NCBI RefSeq assembly: GCF_009914755.1
Contig: NC_060936.1
From: the human T2T-CHM13v2.0 reference genome, Homo sapiens
Length of the DNA: 64,000 nucleotides
Strand: one strand, 5' to 3'
Shown: positions 15,134 through 36,490 of the stretch, piece after piece
Position numbering within the stretch: position 1 is the stretch's first letter
Layout: every line of letters begins with the position of its first letter
Notes under the pieces: model-generated
The model's input: the letters and a program-made list of their open reading frames with translations, nothing else
Databases searched by the model: none
Told to the model about the DNA's origin: nothing
Position numbers and translations under genes: made by a program

Positions 15134-15371
15134 ACGCAACCTGTAGCACATTGAACACGTTGGATTTATTACCAGTTGCAGTGGGAGAGAATGCAGGCTG
15201 TTGGGAACCATGGGGAATGTCAGCATGAAAATGACAGAAAGGACTTGCTATAGAATCTGGATTTTTGGATTCTCTCTGAATTTGGCAGTGTCAAAAAGCA
15301 GGGGCAATCTTACAATTGCATATCTCATGAAGTCTTATTTACAGGGAGGGCAGGCTAGAGCAAGGCTAGAG

Positions 15372-16087
<716 letters not shown>

Positions 16088-16619
16088 GACAGACCCACAT
16101 CTACATCTATGTATACAAACTGGAGCTAGTTCAGGGTACAATGGCCCAGACTAGTTTGAAGCTATTTTAGGGCAAAGCCCGTAGTTTTAAGCAGAAGGAC
16201 TTAAACCCATAACATATGGGGAACAGTTGATAGAATTAAAGATGCCCATTGTAAAGAAGAAAAGATTTGGTGGCAGGAGTGGAGGGTGGGGTTCCAGTGG
16301 GAGTATAAATATAATGGTCTTCATATATTTGAAAGCTATCATATAGAAGGGAAATTGGCCTTGTTCTAAATGGCATATATAAGGTAAGAACCAGAACCAA
16401 TAGGTGGAAGCTTTAAGAAAGCAAATGTGGACCTTCTAATGGAGGTGGCCCCATTTAGGTCAGACCACCACTGGCAGTGTCTTCGTGCGAATAATGAACA
16501 GCAGGGATTTTGATGGAGGGTATTTGAGAATCCACAGGATGATTCATCTAGAAGACCTTTAATGTCCTTCCCAATCTTAAAATTTAATGATGCAAAGAAA
16601 GATTTAGGAGGAAACTATG

Positions 16620-17215
<596 letters not shown>

Positions 17216-17745
17216 AAACACTATCTCTGCTATTTATTAGCATCATTGTATTGCACAAGTTGGTTAACTTCTCTGACATACAATTTCCTTATTTTTGTAG
17301 AATAAAGATAAAATTCCTGTATTGCAGAATTGTTAGAATTAAATGAAAGAATATTGCAATGCACTTTGTCAGAGTGCCTGCACATAGTGACTGTTCAATA
17401 AAGGTGATTATTACTTTAAAAAAATTAAATAACAATATCAAAAACTTTAAAAACAAGTCTATAATACCAAAGTTCTAGACAATAGTGTGTTGCCCACCTA
17501 TTCCTCAGGACTAGCCTCTCTGGAATTTACCTAAAATTATTGTTTACTTATTAAGTTTATCAAATGAGCTAAGCTCATTAGTGTACAAATAGAAAACAGT
17601 TTCATGTTTCTCTGATAACCCCTTCAGAATATGATACATCACAGCATCCTTCCCCAGCTCTGGGCAATATCTTGGGCTTATCTCATAGATTTTGAAATTA
17701 CTTTCAAGAATGAAAACTCATTAAACATTTCTATTAAAAACTTCA

Positions 17746-18052
17746 GGCCAGGCACCGTGGCTCATATGTGTATTCCCAGTGCTTTGGCAGGCCAGGGTAG
17801 GGGGATTGCTTAAGGCCAGGAGTCCAACACCAGCCTGGGCAACATAGCAAGACCCCATCACTACAAAAAACTTAAAATTAGCTTGGTATGGTGGTGCATT
17901 CTTGCAGTCCTAGCCACTCAGGAGGCTGAGGCAGAAGGATCTCTTGAGCCTAGGAGTTTGAGGTTATAGTGAGCTATGATCAGACCACTGCACTCCAGCC
18001 TGGGCAATTGAATGAGACCCTGTCCCTGAAAATAAAAGGAAAGAAAAAAAAA
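17746..18052 (+). mobile_element. Alu (AluJ-like)
   Basis: Diverged Alu consensus. Confidence 0.92.
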
Positions 18053-18254
18053 TACTTCAATCGTGTACTCAGTGCAGTCTCAGCCTGGTGTGGTGACCTA
18101 CAGCATGGGAAGGAGGAACTGTCTGCTCTTCTTCCAACTCTTTCACATGGCTCCCTCTTGCTCTGCTGTGTCTGGGCTCTCCAGGGTCCAGTCAGGGAGC
18201 AGGGGGATTAAGGGAAGAAGGGCAAATATATCTTTGTGGCAGATGCTCTTGTAA

Positions 18255-18702
<448 letters not shown>

Positions 18703-19975
18703 TTCTCCCAGAAGTTTCTTGCAAATTTCTCAGCTCCTGCTCAGAAGTACAGCATATAACAGCTCATTGCTGGAGTCCCTTCACCCCATAGGCAGCACTT
18801 CTGATTCAAGGCCAGCTGTTTTCCATTGTAGTGCCTCGGAAACGCATGCCCTCACCACTACAAATTCTGGCTGTGTAAACAGGTTCCACTATGACCCTCT
18901 CATTTAGGATTCCCTGGTGGTTTCAACCAACACCCACCCCCCCAAATTCCAGACTCACCAGGCAGGAAGCAAACCCTAGTTTCCATTCATTTATGTCCCT
19001 AAATGCCGGAAGACACAAACCCACTCCTTCATAATCTCTCCTCCTCCACTCTACTCCAATCCCAGGACACCACAGGAGCCCTGAACTCTCTCAAGAGTTT
19101 CCCCAGAGGAAGAGAACAGGAAATGCCATGACACTATCCCTACCCCAAGGCCACTTTCTAATCCCCTTCCTCCTTTTCAGCTGGAGGATATGACTGAGGT
19201 TGATAATCACCATACTAGTTTTGCTGTCGCTTCATAATTTCTGCATGGATATGTCTGTGCTAATATCCTATTCAGAAATCTGGGGATAATTATCACCTCT
19301 TGCTCTCAACTTTGGGGATTCAGATAAAATTTCAAGACACCATGAAAAGTCCCATTTGATATTCTGTTACACTTAAAACACACCATGACGCTTTCCATAT
19401 GAGCTCTCCGCCCTCGTCAGGGCTGTCTGCAGATGACACAATGGGAAACAGAGAAGCTGTGACTATTGGCAGAGTACTGCGTCTGGGCTGCTGAGATAAG
19501 ACTTTTGGAAAGATTCAAACCACAGGCTTTTGCAATAGTTACACAATCACTTCCACCCCACCCTCAAGCTGAATGTCTTCCAGAAAGCAGAACATTCTTT
19601 AGGAGGTGATTATATAACTAAAACAGAAAAGGTTGTAACTGATGTGTGGGAATATCATTTAAGGGTTTGAAAATATATCAAATCAGAATGAAACACTTAA
19701 TTAGGACAGGATAGCTTTTTATAGTTAAAGGTGATGCTGTAGAGAGGGGATTTAAATCATTCTGAATTACCCAAGGACTACCTTATGGAAACTACAGGGA
19801 AGCCAGTTTGGGACTCAAAAATATGCATTCATTCATTCACTCATTCATTCACTGAGTTCCTGCAAGGCTTCAGGCTCTGAGTTGGGGCTGATGTTGACGC
19901 AATGGTTAAGATTTGTTCCCTGCCCTCAAAAGAACTCAAAGAAAATCTCCATAACAGAATAAGGTGCCACCAGAG

Positions 19976-20830
<855 letters not shown>

Positions 20831-21097
20831 TTTTTAATCATTAAAAAAACTCATTTACATATTTTTTTAAAAAATAAGTACTGAGATCCCCTAAGGATCT
20901 GCCATATATGTATCCTGGAAGACCAATGAAGAGGGAGGATTCAAGTTCAAAGAGCAGGAGAAGAGAAGCAGTGAAACAACTGATCTTTAGGGTGCCTTCT
21001 ATCCTTGCAAACCTGAGGCTCTGTTTGTGCTCTGGAACGCTCAGACATAAGCCATGATGTCCTGCTGGCTATGTGCTGAAGGAGCTGACTTGGTCCG

Positions 21098-21680
<583 letters not shown>

Positions 21681-22065
21681 TAAATAAAATTAATTTCAGA
21701 CAGGCAATAGAACCAACAGTGCATAGTCCAACATCAGAGGTGTGTTCACTAAAATGCAGAGGACAATCAGTAACAGGAGTTCCATCAAGCAGACCTCATG
21801 CAGGCAGAGGGAATTCAGGTAGCTGGTGAGGAACGGAAATGCTTAAAAATGGTCTACATGTGCTTGCACTGAAACACACAACAAGGGACAAAGATTTGTG
21901 AAATGTGTCCAACAATGCTAAATGAGACTTTTCCTGCCTCTACATTGTGACTAAGAGAGTAAGATCTGGACACATCAAGAAATCCACCTCCAGCCTAGAG
22001 CCTATATATAAGAAAGAGTGAGGACAACAAAGTTGTCAATCCGTGGTATAAAAAAACATGCTGTT

Positions 22066-22393
<328 letters not shown>

Positions 22394-22560
22394 AACATTC
22401 TGCTGCCTTCCCAAACCATGCAGGAGGAGTCGCAAGAGAAGCAATGGTAGAGAATGGAAGCAGACAGTCCCTGCCAAAAAAAGAACACCATCTCACCATC
22501 CTCTTACCTGCCTGCTTACTAAAAGGCAGAACTGGTAGACCCAGTGAGAAAATCTGAGAG

Positions 22561-23513
<953 letters not shown>

Positions 23514-23890
23514 AGAGGACTGACCTGTGTTCCCTGGAGTTCGGGAAGTGCAGAGACTGGTGCCTGATTCTCCCCTAGAAAAGTCCAAGAGGGAGAGGCT
23601 GGCTGGCGCTGTCTATAATGAAGAAGAAAGAGAGAGCATCACACTTTCAGAGCTTAGTGAGGCAAAATGCAGAGCAGATGCTGCAGAGACCCCACCCAAG
23701 AAGGCTGCTGACCAGTGTCCAGCCAGAAAGAGGTGACGTACTGTAAACTGCTGAAGTAGGGACGAGGGCATGTCATAAGAGGGCAGCAAGAGAGGACCTC
23801 ACCATATCAGGAAATTTTGCGCTATCAGAGGTCTCCAACAGAGAGTCTCCAAAGAACCCACAAAACCCCTTATTGAAAAATTATCAGTAT

Positions 23891-24139
23891 TTGGATGTTT
23901 GCTACACAGGAGGTTTTTGGAGACTAGGACTGGCTAGGTTAAAAAATATACATATATATAGCTCTTAAATTCTAGCCCTTCCTACCTGGCTAACCCCAGA
24001 GCATCTAGCAAGTGAGGCAAGAGGTGGAGAATGGAAGAAAAAGGCAAATCTTACCTCCTCCTTTCCTACTTCAAGCCTCTGGGAGAATAAGGAAAGAAAG
24101 CCTTTTAATTAGAGATGTGATTAAAGTTTTTATTCAGAT
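23891..24139 (+). repeat. Copy 2 of local ~250-bp direct duplication (no Alu)
   Basis: ttggatgtttgct...ccagagcatctagcaagtgag...cttacctcctcctttcctacttcaagcctctgggagaa...aattagagatgtgattaaagtttttatt shared with copy 1. Confidence 0.9.
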
Positions 24140-24306
24140 CAGGCTGAAATTTATAATAGCTGAAACTATCCTGATCCCTAATGTCCAGAAAAACAAACGG
24201 CTCTGCCTGAGACACCATCCAGGATGTTGGAATGAAGTTTATTTGAGGATTTTATTAGAAGGCAATGGTGACAAAGAATACAATGGTTTCCTGCTGGAAT
24301 AGCACC

Positions 24307-25427
<1,121 letters not shown>

Positions 25428-26496
25428 GCACCCAAGGCCAGTACATTCAATATACTGATCACATTTGCAGTGGCTCATCTAGGGCCCTTTAAGAACAAAG
25501 ATCTTCTATTCTCTATGAGCTCTATACTGTGCTTTGTTTCGCTTGATGTCAGACTCCAGCTAAGATTTTACAAGTGAGTTTAGTTCTAATAAGTAAAGAA
25601 AGGAGGAAAGCATCCCAGGAGAGAAACTTAGACATAGAAAGGAAGCAAAGCAGATAGGAATGAATAGGGCAGTTGCAGGGAAAAGAGAACAGAGCTACTT
25701 GATTGGCACAAAAGGTGGGTGTCCAGGAAGCAGGAGAAAGAAAGTTACCTAAGTAGGACAAATTCTCTAATGCTAGAAAAAAAAAAGTCTGGGCTTGTTG
25801 CAATGTATAATAGAGAACTATCAAAATTTCTGTAACTTACAGAGTTTCTGTAAGCATTGGCACATATAAGCGTTTTGTTTTGTTTAAACAAAAATAAATG
25901 ATAATATCTAATAGATAACATCTTCTAATAGAAGAGAGGAGTCGGGTTGAGAACACCAGCTAGGAATCTGCTACTGAACTTCTATGCCAACTCTACCTTC
26001 TGAACAGAACTTGGGAGCTGCAATCTGACAAGTAGGAATGTACATAAGTCAACATAACAGAATATTTGAATTGAGGGCATCCCAGAAAATCTCTAGTTAT
26101 TGTAAGTACACCAGACATGTGGCAATGAGATGGAATGATTTCTTAACCCTTCCTTCTCTGTCATAACATGTTGTAAGATGAAATCTCCCCCAATCCTTCT
26201 GCAATTGGTCCATTTGGAGACAAGCAGGAAATTATTAAGCAGTGGTTGCACCATTGTGAGATTTCATTCTTTCCTGGAGTTGTGTTTTATTTAGACTTCT
26301 ATTTACAACTAATTTATTTCAAGCAAAACAAAAACAAACATTTTGAACAGGAATAAACTAGTTGGCTTAATTTCCTATAATGCATCACGCTCCCTACTTC
26401 ATTCTTACTGCACAGTCGGGTCTCCTGGTACCAGCCACACTGAAGGTATTAGTACCTCCCAGGAAAGGCAGTATAATTCCTCTGTGGGAAGATGTT

Positions 26497-26506
<10 letters not shown>

Positions 26507-26534
<28 letters not shown>
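26507..26534. repeat. (CA)n microsatellite
   Basis: Direct observation. Confidence 0.95.
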
Positions 26535-26538
<4 letters not shown>

Positions 26539-26702
26539 CAATACAACTATTGTATGAGGCAATACAATATTTCTCCCAATTTTCTCAAAGAAATATTCCA
26601 AGCTCTTGTCTCCCATCAACCCCCAACTCCTCACCTAAGAAAATCTGAAGTGCCCTCGGGAGCCTGGGGAGAATGACTGAGAGAAAACCCCGACGTGGCT
26701 GA

Positions 26703-27306
<604 letters not shown>

Positions 27307-28004
27307 TGAGACTAAACTCACTACCTCCAATTAAAAGACCTTAATCCCGACCAATATGCTCAGTAAACAGCAAATGTGGCCATCTCCCTCCTCATTGTCT
27401 AAGTGCTTGCTTTTCCTCAAGCATCAACATTCATCTATTTTTACACCCTTTTCTCAGTTTATGTTTCTATTCTTTAAATGTATTCCTTTTGTAAAACTAT
27501 CATTGGAAATGTTTCTAATTATTTCTAATGACAGTAAAACATTTCTGCTGTATTATGGGCTTCAATGGGCTGGTCTAGGAGTCTTAAACACCATTTTATT
27601 GCAGTTTCTACAAGAAAATGTATTTCAAGTTCAAATAGCTGAGTTGTAAACTTTAAAAACACAAACCTTTTAAAATCAGAGAATGCTGATCAATTAGACA
27701 TTCTGAGACCGTAAGACTTAAGGTAATTGCCTGTTACCAAATAAACAAGATGCATAATTACTTCTTCTTTTAATGGATCTTCTTTCATTCAACGAAGGCC
27801 TCCAACTGGTATCTAAACAGGAGTTAGAGCCAGCTGCTGACTTTACCATTGCGAAGAGAAAGCTTTAAAAATACACACAGGGACAAAGAGGAAACAAGAC
27901 AAGGATGCTAAGGAAAAAGACTGCAAAGAATTTCAAATATAGGAAACAAACAATAACTACGACAGAACACAATGAACAGTGAAAAAATTCTTGAGGATTT
28001 TTAA

Positions 28005-28829
<825 letters not shown>

Positions 28830-29454
28830 AAGCTGGGCTAGTTCTTTTAGCCTATCCTGAGTTGGGTAAGGGCACAGAATCTTTAAGTATGAATATTGTA
28901 AATTATGTAAATAAGTATGAATATTGGCAAGATGGATTTATACCTCCACATAGGCCAGTCATTGGATGCAGCTGCCCCTAGGAGGAGGGTAGAACTTTGA
29001 GTAAGGTGGTTCTCTTCAGCCACAGGCAGTTCCTGGAAACTGCCAGCTGCTGGAGAGTGTCAGCCAACTATAATCCCAGCAGCTGGAGGGGTAAGTCCTT
29101 CAGTCCTGGAGGGAGCATCTGTGTGGTGCAACAATTACCTACAGCTCTCTCCCCAGTAAAAACCTCCGACGATACATAATTTATTTATTCCCTTCTGTGT
29201 TTTCAGCAATATGCTAGGCCCTAGAGTCACCTCTCCTCTAATGGTAAGCGTCAGTTAATGAAAAGAAAGAGAGAGAAGCAAATCTAAATATTTGGTCATT
29301 TTTAATATTGAAAGTCTCATATTTTTTTTCCTTGCTTTTCTGAGATGGATGGCTCCTGTGATACCTTTTCTTTTAAAAGATATTTTTCTGATGATACAAT
29401 TAATTCTCCATCCACTTCTAATAAAATAATTTACAATAAACTAGGAAAAGATAT

Positions 29455-29787
<333 letters not shown>

Positions 29788-29959
29788 TAAAACAAGTCTT
29801 GTTCTTTTTTTAAATTTGACTCTTTGTAGAATTTAACTCTTTTATTATGGAAATTTTCAAACATACACAAGCATAGAGAAAATAGATTAATGGCCGCTAT
29901 GGACCTGTCACTCATCTTCAACAATAATCAACATTTTGCCAATCTCCAAACATTATTCT

Positions 29960-30966
29960 GAAGAACAAAACATTAGACCACATCTCCATAGAACTCAGAA
30001 ACAACACATAATGATGCTTACTTTTATCATCAATAGTAGACATTTTCCTAGAGTTACCAGGCAACGTAAAAATACCAGAAAAAAAAGAAATAAGTATGAA
30101 TATTGGCAAGGTAGATTTATACCTAGAAAATCCAGTGAATCACATAAATCTATATGGGCTAATAAAAACTTTCAGAAAGGAAACAAGATTAACATATAAA
30201 AATCTACAGCTTTTCTAAAATCAGAAAAAATCTATTTAAATATGTAATAGAAAAGAAAGCTATATGCAATTTCAATAGACCTTGGGTTACCTAGGAAAAA
30301 AAACTTACAAATATGAAAGCTGTTGCCAGGCATGGTAGCTCATGCCTGTAACCCTAGCACTTTGGGAGGCTGACATGGGCGGATCACCTGAGTCCAGGAG
30401 TTCAAGAACAGCCTGGGCAATGTAGCGAAACCCAGTCTCTACAAAAAATCAGCCAGGTGTGGTGGCACATGCCTATAGTCCCAGCTACTTGGGAGGCTGC
30501 GGTGGGAGGATCACCTGGGCCTAGGAAGTTGAGTGAGCAGAAATTGTGCCACTCCACTCCAGCCTGGGTGACAGAGTGAGACCCTGTCTCAAAAAAAAAG
30601 AAAAGAAAATTCTTGAGGATAACCATATAATTTTAATGAAGGCCATAAAAGATATTTCTAGATGAAAAGACTCAATAATATACAGATATTATGCCCCCAA
30701 ATTAAATAATAAATGTAATATAATTTTATCAAAATTCCAACAGCATATTTTATAGAATTGGCAAGTTAATTTTAAAGTTCATCTATGAGTTGGGCCAAAA
30801 AAAGTTAAGATTCATTAGAGAAAGAACTTTACCAGATGTTAACTATGTTGTAAAGTCACAATAATTGAAATAGTACTGTGAAAAACAGACCAATGGATCA
30901 ATACAATAGAATTTAAAAGTCCAGAAAAATATATATACACACACACACATATATGTGTCCATTTGT

Positions 30967-31007
<41 letters not shown>

Positions 31008-31470
31008 CTTAGTATATGTTAAAGGAGACATTTAAAATCACTTGGGAAATGACAGACTAATAGAGAGTGTTGGGACAAGGAGCTATCCATTTGGAAGAAA
31101 AAAAGTAAATTAAATCCCTTTCTCAGACTGGGCACAGTGGCTCATGCCTGTGATCCCAGCACTTTCGGAGGCCAAGGGGGGCAGAATGCCTGAGGTCAGG
31201 AGTTTGAGACCAGCCTGGCCAACATGGTGAAACCCTGTCTCTACTAAAAATACAAAAAATAGCTGGGCGTGGTGGCCGGTGCCTGTAATCCCAGCTACTC
31301 AGGGACAAGAGAATCGCTTGAACAAAGGAAAGGAGGCAGAAGTTGCAGTGAGCCAAGATGGCGCCACTGCACTCCAGCCTGGGCAACAGAGTAAGACTCC
31401 ATATCAAAAAAAAAAAAAAAAAAAAAAAAAAACAAATCCCTTTCTCATACCATACATAAAAATAAATTCC
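29960..31470 (+). mobile_element. Ancient L1M ORF2 remnant with Alus at 30324-30610 and 31126-31432 and (TG)n at 30965-31003
   Basis: tatacctagaaaatcc, aaaagactcaata, gtgttgggacaaggagctatccatttggaa, ctcataccatacataaaaataaattcca are decayed ORF2 motifs. Confidence 0.7.
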
Positions 31471-31471
31471 A

Positions 31472-31879
<408 letters not shown>

Positions 31880-31915
31880 TGATTTGCACAAATTATCAAT
31901 TCAAACACAAAGTTA

Positions 31916-32226
<311 letters not shown>

Positions 32227-33063
32227 GATGTGAAGCAATGTCTTATTTAAAAATTAACCATTAAACATGCAAATTGAGAAGATTAAATGGCTGATTTCAT
32301 TATGGTAGACTAGACTGGGACACTATTTTTTCTGCCATAATAAGAAAATGCCCACATTATTGAAAGCATTTTTTAGAAATTGGGTTGCCAAAAAAATGCT
32401 ATTGCTGAAGCACAGAAACATGGGGAGAAACTCAAACTTTTCCGGAGAGATCTTTCAGTATTTCAGCACTACAGGTGTGGGCGGACAGAACAGCTCATCC
32501 AGAAAGAACCCAAACTGAAAACCTAACTTTCAAATCACACCCACATGGTAGGCTGGTGAAGCAGCCTCCCCAGATAAAGGGAAAATGACCCTTCTCTGCA
32601 CCGCACTCAATGGCATAAAGACACTTAGATTCTTAAACTTATAGAAGACAGGACCTTCTAGTGGGTTGAAAATACTTAACGTTCCATTGACTTCCCACTG
32701 ATTCCTCATGTGGCCACTGAAATCTCATGCATTCGACAGCTCAAAGTTCAGAATTCTACCCGGTCTTGAGACTACCATCTTGTATTTCTTTGCAGTTAAT
32801 TTTTTGCATAGAGATTTCTTTCCCTCTGATTTCTAGCCTGTTGCCTTGTAGGTTTCTTGCTGCCTTCTCTTCCCCAGATAATAGCATCCTACAAAATTTG
32901 GTGTTATTTCTAAACCCACAGTAGATACCTCAGTCTTACTAATTATTTCCTAGGCTGTCAGCTCATATGGTAGCCCTCAAAAGTTTAATGCTTTTTGCAG
33001 TGATACCATCATCAGTTTCTAAATACCTCCTTTCTTCAGATTAACTAAAAATTAACAGTGTAA

Positions 33064-33400
<337 letters not shown>

Positions 33401-34406
33401 GTTTTAAACATATCATAATTACTTCTTTATGGACATCTCCAGAGAAGGAACTATAATTCTTTGTTTCATGTTGAAATGTTCATGGATATATTTTCAAATC
33501 TTCAGTCTAGAAGAAACACAGGTAGCATAAAAGTCAGGAATCCTGATATGAGGTTGCAGTCACACAGCCTTCCTTGCCAGAGCCTCCACTCATATTATTT
33601 TTTCATGTTTTCTGTTCCATTTAACAACAGTTTCCCATAATCCTTGGAGGTCCTATCTCAATTGCCTTCCTTCTCAATCTTTCTTCCAGCCTGTTCTCCC
33701 CTAACTTGATATTTCTATGGTCAGCTTGACTTGCACCACTGTGTACTGAGATGCAGCCTCTTGTAAGAGGAAGCCCCCCACTCAGCACCTGCCCTGCCTT
33801 GTTCAGACACTGCAGGTGAATGAATTAAGAGACCATTAAAGTATGCTATTTTTTTGTTTGTTTAACTCTGAAACAGCGCACTACTGTGTGAAAAAAAGTA
33901 GAAATAGGTCTACATTTGTCTGAATTTAGAGACACTTTTGCCTCACCATCTGCATCATGAGTTAAATTTTAAGTGTTACAATAACTTCAGACCCCAATAA
34001 AATAGAAGAGTTAATTCAATCTAGTCACTGCCCCACCTCAAGCAACATTAGGGCTTGAAGCCATCCTCACCCCATTGGGAGCCTACCCCATCGTGCCAGG
34101 GTTTGCAGGGAAAGTCAAACATTATCTTCCAGAGGAAACACTAGGCGGGTACCCTGGCTCGAAACCTTCTGGTTTCCCATTCCCACGTCCTGCTCCAGCA
34201 CTTCCTCTGAGCTGCTCTTCATTCTCCAGCTGCCCTCCAGACTCGTGGAGGCAGTGTGGGAACCTGAGAAGCCATTTGCAGTCACTGTGCTGTCCCCATA
34301 GGTCAATGTGAGGTCGCCTTCAGTCAGAATAAAATCAGAGTTTCCCTCTCTCAGTGGCTCTTGGTTATCGTACACCTGGGGACTGGTCAGACATCAAGCT
34401 AGCAAG

Positions 34407-34538
34407 CTACACCAGGCGGGAGAGTGGTGGTTGGCGGGGAGCCGCTTTGTCTACACCAGGCAGGAGAGTGGTGGTTAGCGGGGAGCCGCTGTGTCTCCAC
34501 CAGGCGGGAGAGTGGTGGTTAGCGGGGAGCCGCTGTGT
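34407..34538. repeat. 3 x 44-bp GC-rich tandem repeat inside the pseudogene
   Basis: Units 34407-34450, 34451-34494, 34495-34538: ctacaccaggcgggagagtggtggttagcggggagccgctgtgt, with 1-2 mismatches per unit. Confidence 0.97.
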
Positions 34539-36149
34539 GTGAGGATGGGCTTCAGGTAATTGTGATCAAAGCTGTACCACCGCCTGAATATCCATGTGCT
34601 CTCCTGTTTTGTCCAGTTTCCTCTGGCAGAATCTGGGCTGTCCCCTTGTAAGACTTGAAAGCTGTCATTGTTGGGTGGTGGATCTTGATCAGGGTCAACA
34701 CCAACTCTGAAGTACTGTCGGTGGTGTTCGTTGTGGTCCTCTTTGGAGGGCTCCTTGATGCTAACTCTGATATTAAGCCATGACAACATGGGTGTCGTGC
34801 CTCCTCCAATGATCCAGATGGTGAAGAACACGATGAAAGGCGTGGTGGGGAACGTCATCTGGCGAGCATAGGATGCCGTGTCACAGATGGCCAACGCAAA
34901 TGCCATTGCTCCCCTGAGGCCTGAAAACATCATCGTGTGTTGAAAATTCCAGCCAATCTTATGCCTTCTGCCCAAGCTGAGGAAGAAAGAGAGCGGGTAG
35001 ATATGGGCGGCTCTGCCCAGGAAGACAGCAACAAAAGCTCCAATGATGAAAACAGGGCTGAAAACGTGCTTCTGGAAGGTAAATAGCGCCAGGATCATGC
35101 AGGAGAAGATGAAGTTCTCTGCCTCAAAGAGCTGCTTGCTTCGACTTCTTGATTCCACCGACAGATTGTTGAAGGTGTAATGAGCTTGTGTGATTCCACA
35201 GAAAAGGACAGCTACAACGCCTGTAAATCCGCAAGCTTCTGCCAAGAGAAACGTGCTCCAGGACATGAGGAAGAAGAGCGCCGTCTCCAGCAGGGGAAAG
35301 CAGTCCAGTTTGGTAAACTTGGTCACTAAAGCAGTCACAACACCAGTCACAGCTCCCATGGTAAAACAGCCACTAAATATACCTAGAAAAATGCCAACTG
35401 ACTTTAAAAAGGCAGCAGCATCAAAGGCGTGAGTTGAAGTTCAGTCCTGCTGGCTGGTAGCCAACAATAGATGAGGAAAGTACAACATAACAACGTCATT
35501 TAGGATGCTCTCTCCAAACAGAAGTACATAAAGATCCATGTCTGCATGCAATTCATTGATATCACCAGCACAGTCACTGGGTCAGTGGCAGAGATGATTG
35601 CTCTAAAAAAGAGACAATGTGTGTAGTAAAATTTATCTGAGAGCTGTCTCATAATCCTCATGAGCTTCACCATACCATACCTGAGATTTCCAATACGGAA
35701 GCACGAAACAGCAGTCCCCAAGAAGGAGTGACCCAAGATTTCTAAAAAAGTGTCTCTTTAAGCTGTATCCAGCATGGAAAATAACTGGAGGCAGAAGAAT
35801 GTTGAAAAATACCTATGGGTCGAATGTTACCTTCCCTAGCATGTCATTCTGCTTTACGCTGTTGATCTTGCCAGGGCTGATTTCTCTTTTCAGGGTGTAT
35901 TCGAAGAATTTACCGCTGACATCCACTACTAAAGTGCTGAAGGCCTGATCTTCTTGAGTGCAATTGAGTAATTTGTCACGGCCCCTGGTGCCAGGGGTAC
36001 CATACCTCAGGATCACCCCAACGATGAGCCCACAGATCATGGCCAGCCCGGTCTCATGCAGAAAGTGCACCCGGCAGTACTTGAAGAGCCATATGGTGAG
36101 GATGGCCAGCGTGAGCAGCAGGATGAAGGTGAGCAGGCTCACACTGTCT

Positions 36150-36490
36150 GGCCGGTGGCTCTCTTCCGCCTCCTTCTCAGTGACGAGCTCCTCCATGGCG
36201 CTGCTGTTCTCGACCGCCGCCCCAGAGGAGGAGGCCGAGGCCTCGGCCGTTACTCGAAGTCCCCTACCCAGCAGCAGCGGCAGCAGCAGCAGCAGCCGCC
36301 GCGGCGGCGCCTGGGCAACCCGACCCGGGCAGGGGAGCGCCGCGTCACCAGGCTCCGTGGTCCCGGAGCCGCCCACGCCTCCTCTGCCCGGGGACCAGCA
36401 GCACCGCCGACCTGCGCGAGTGGCCGCAGCCACCGCAGCTCCTCCTCCTACTCGCGCCGGGCCGGGACTGGGCCCAGAGCAGCGCCTCCA
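36150..36490. promoter_or_regulatory. CpG-island-like 5' end of retrocopy
   Basis: Very high GC and dense CpG compared with the CpG-depleted surroundings. Confidence 0.7.

Larger units (their letters stand above)
34115..36490 (-). pseudogene. SLC9A7P1: Processed pseudogene of SLC9A7 (NHE7 Na+/H+ exchanger): 5'UTR plus whole coding region
   Basis: Intronless; fragments match NHE7 from (M>T)EPGDAA...[32 protein letters not shown] to [11 protein letters not shown]. Start ATG>ACG (36358), TAG at 35813-35815, frameshifts near 35730, 35560 and 35435, in-frame loss of VLHFL, 44-bp triplication. Confidence 0.95.

Noticed and set aside
34407-34538. CRISPR-like array
   Set aside because: Contiguous tandem units with no unique spacers, in a eukaryotic context with no cas genes
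34115-36358. Functional SLC9A7 or SLC9A6 gene
   Set aside because: No introns, mutated start codon, premature stop and several frameshifts
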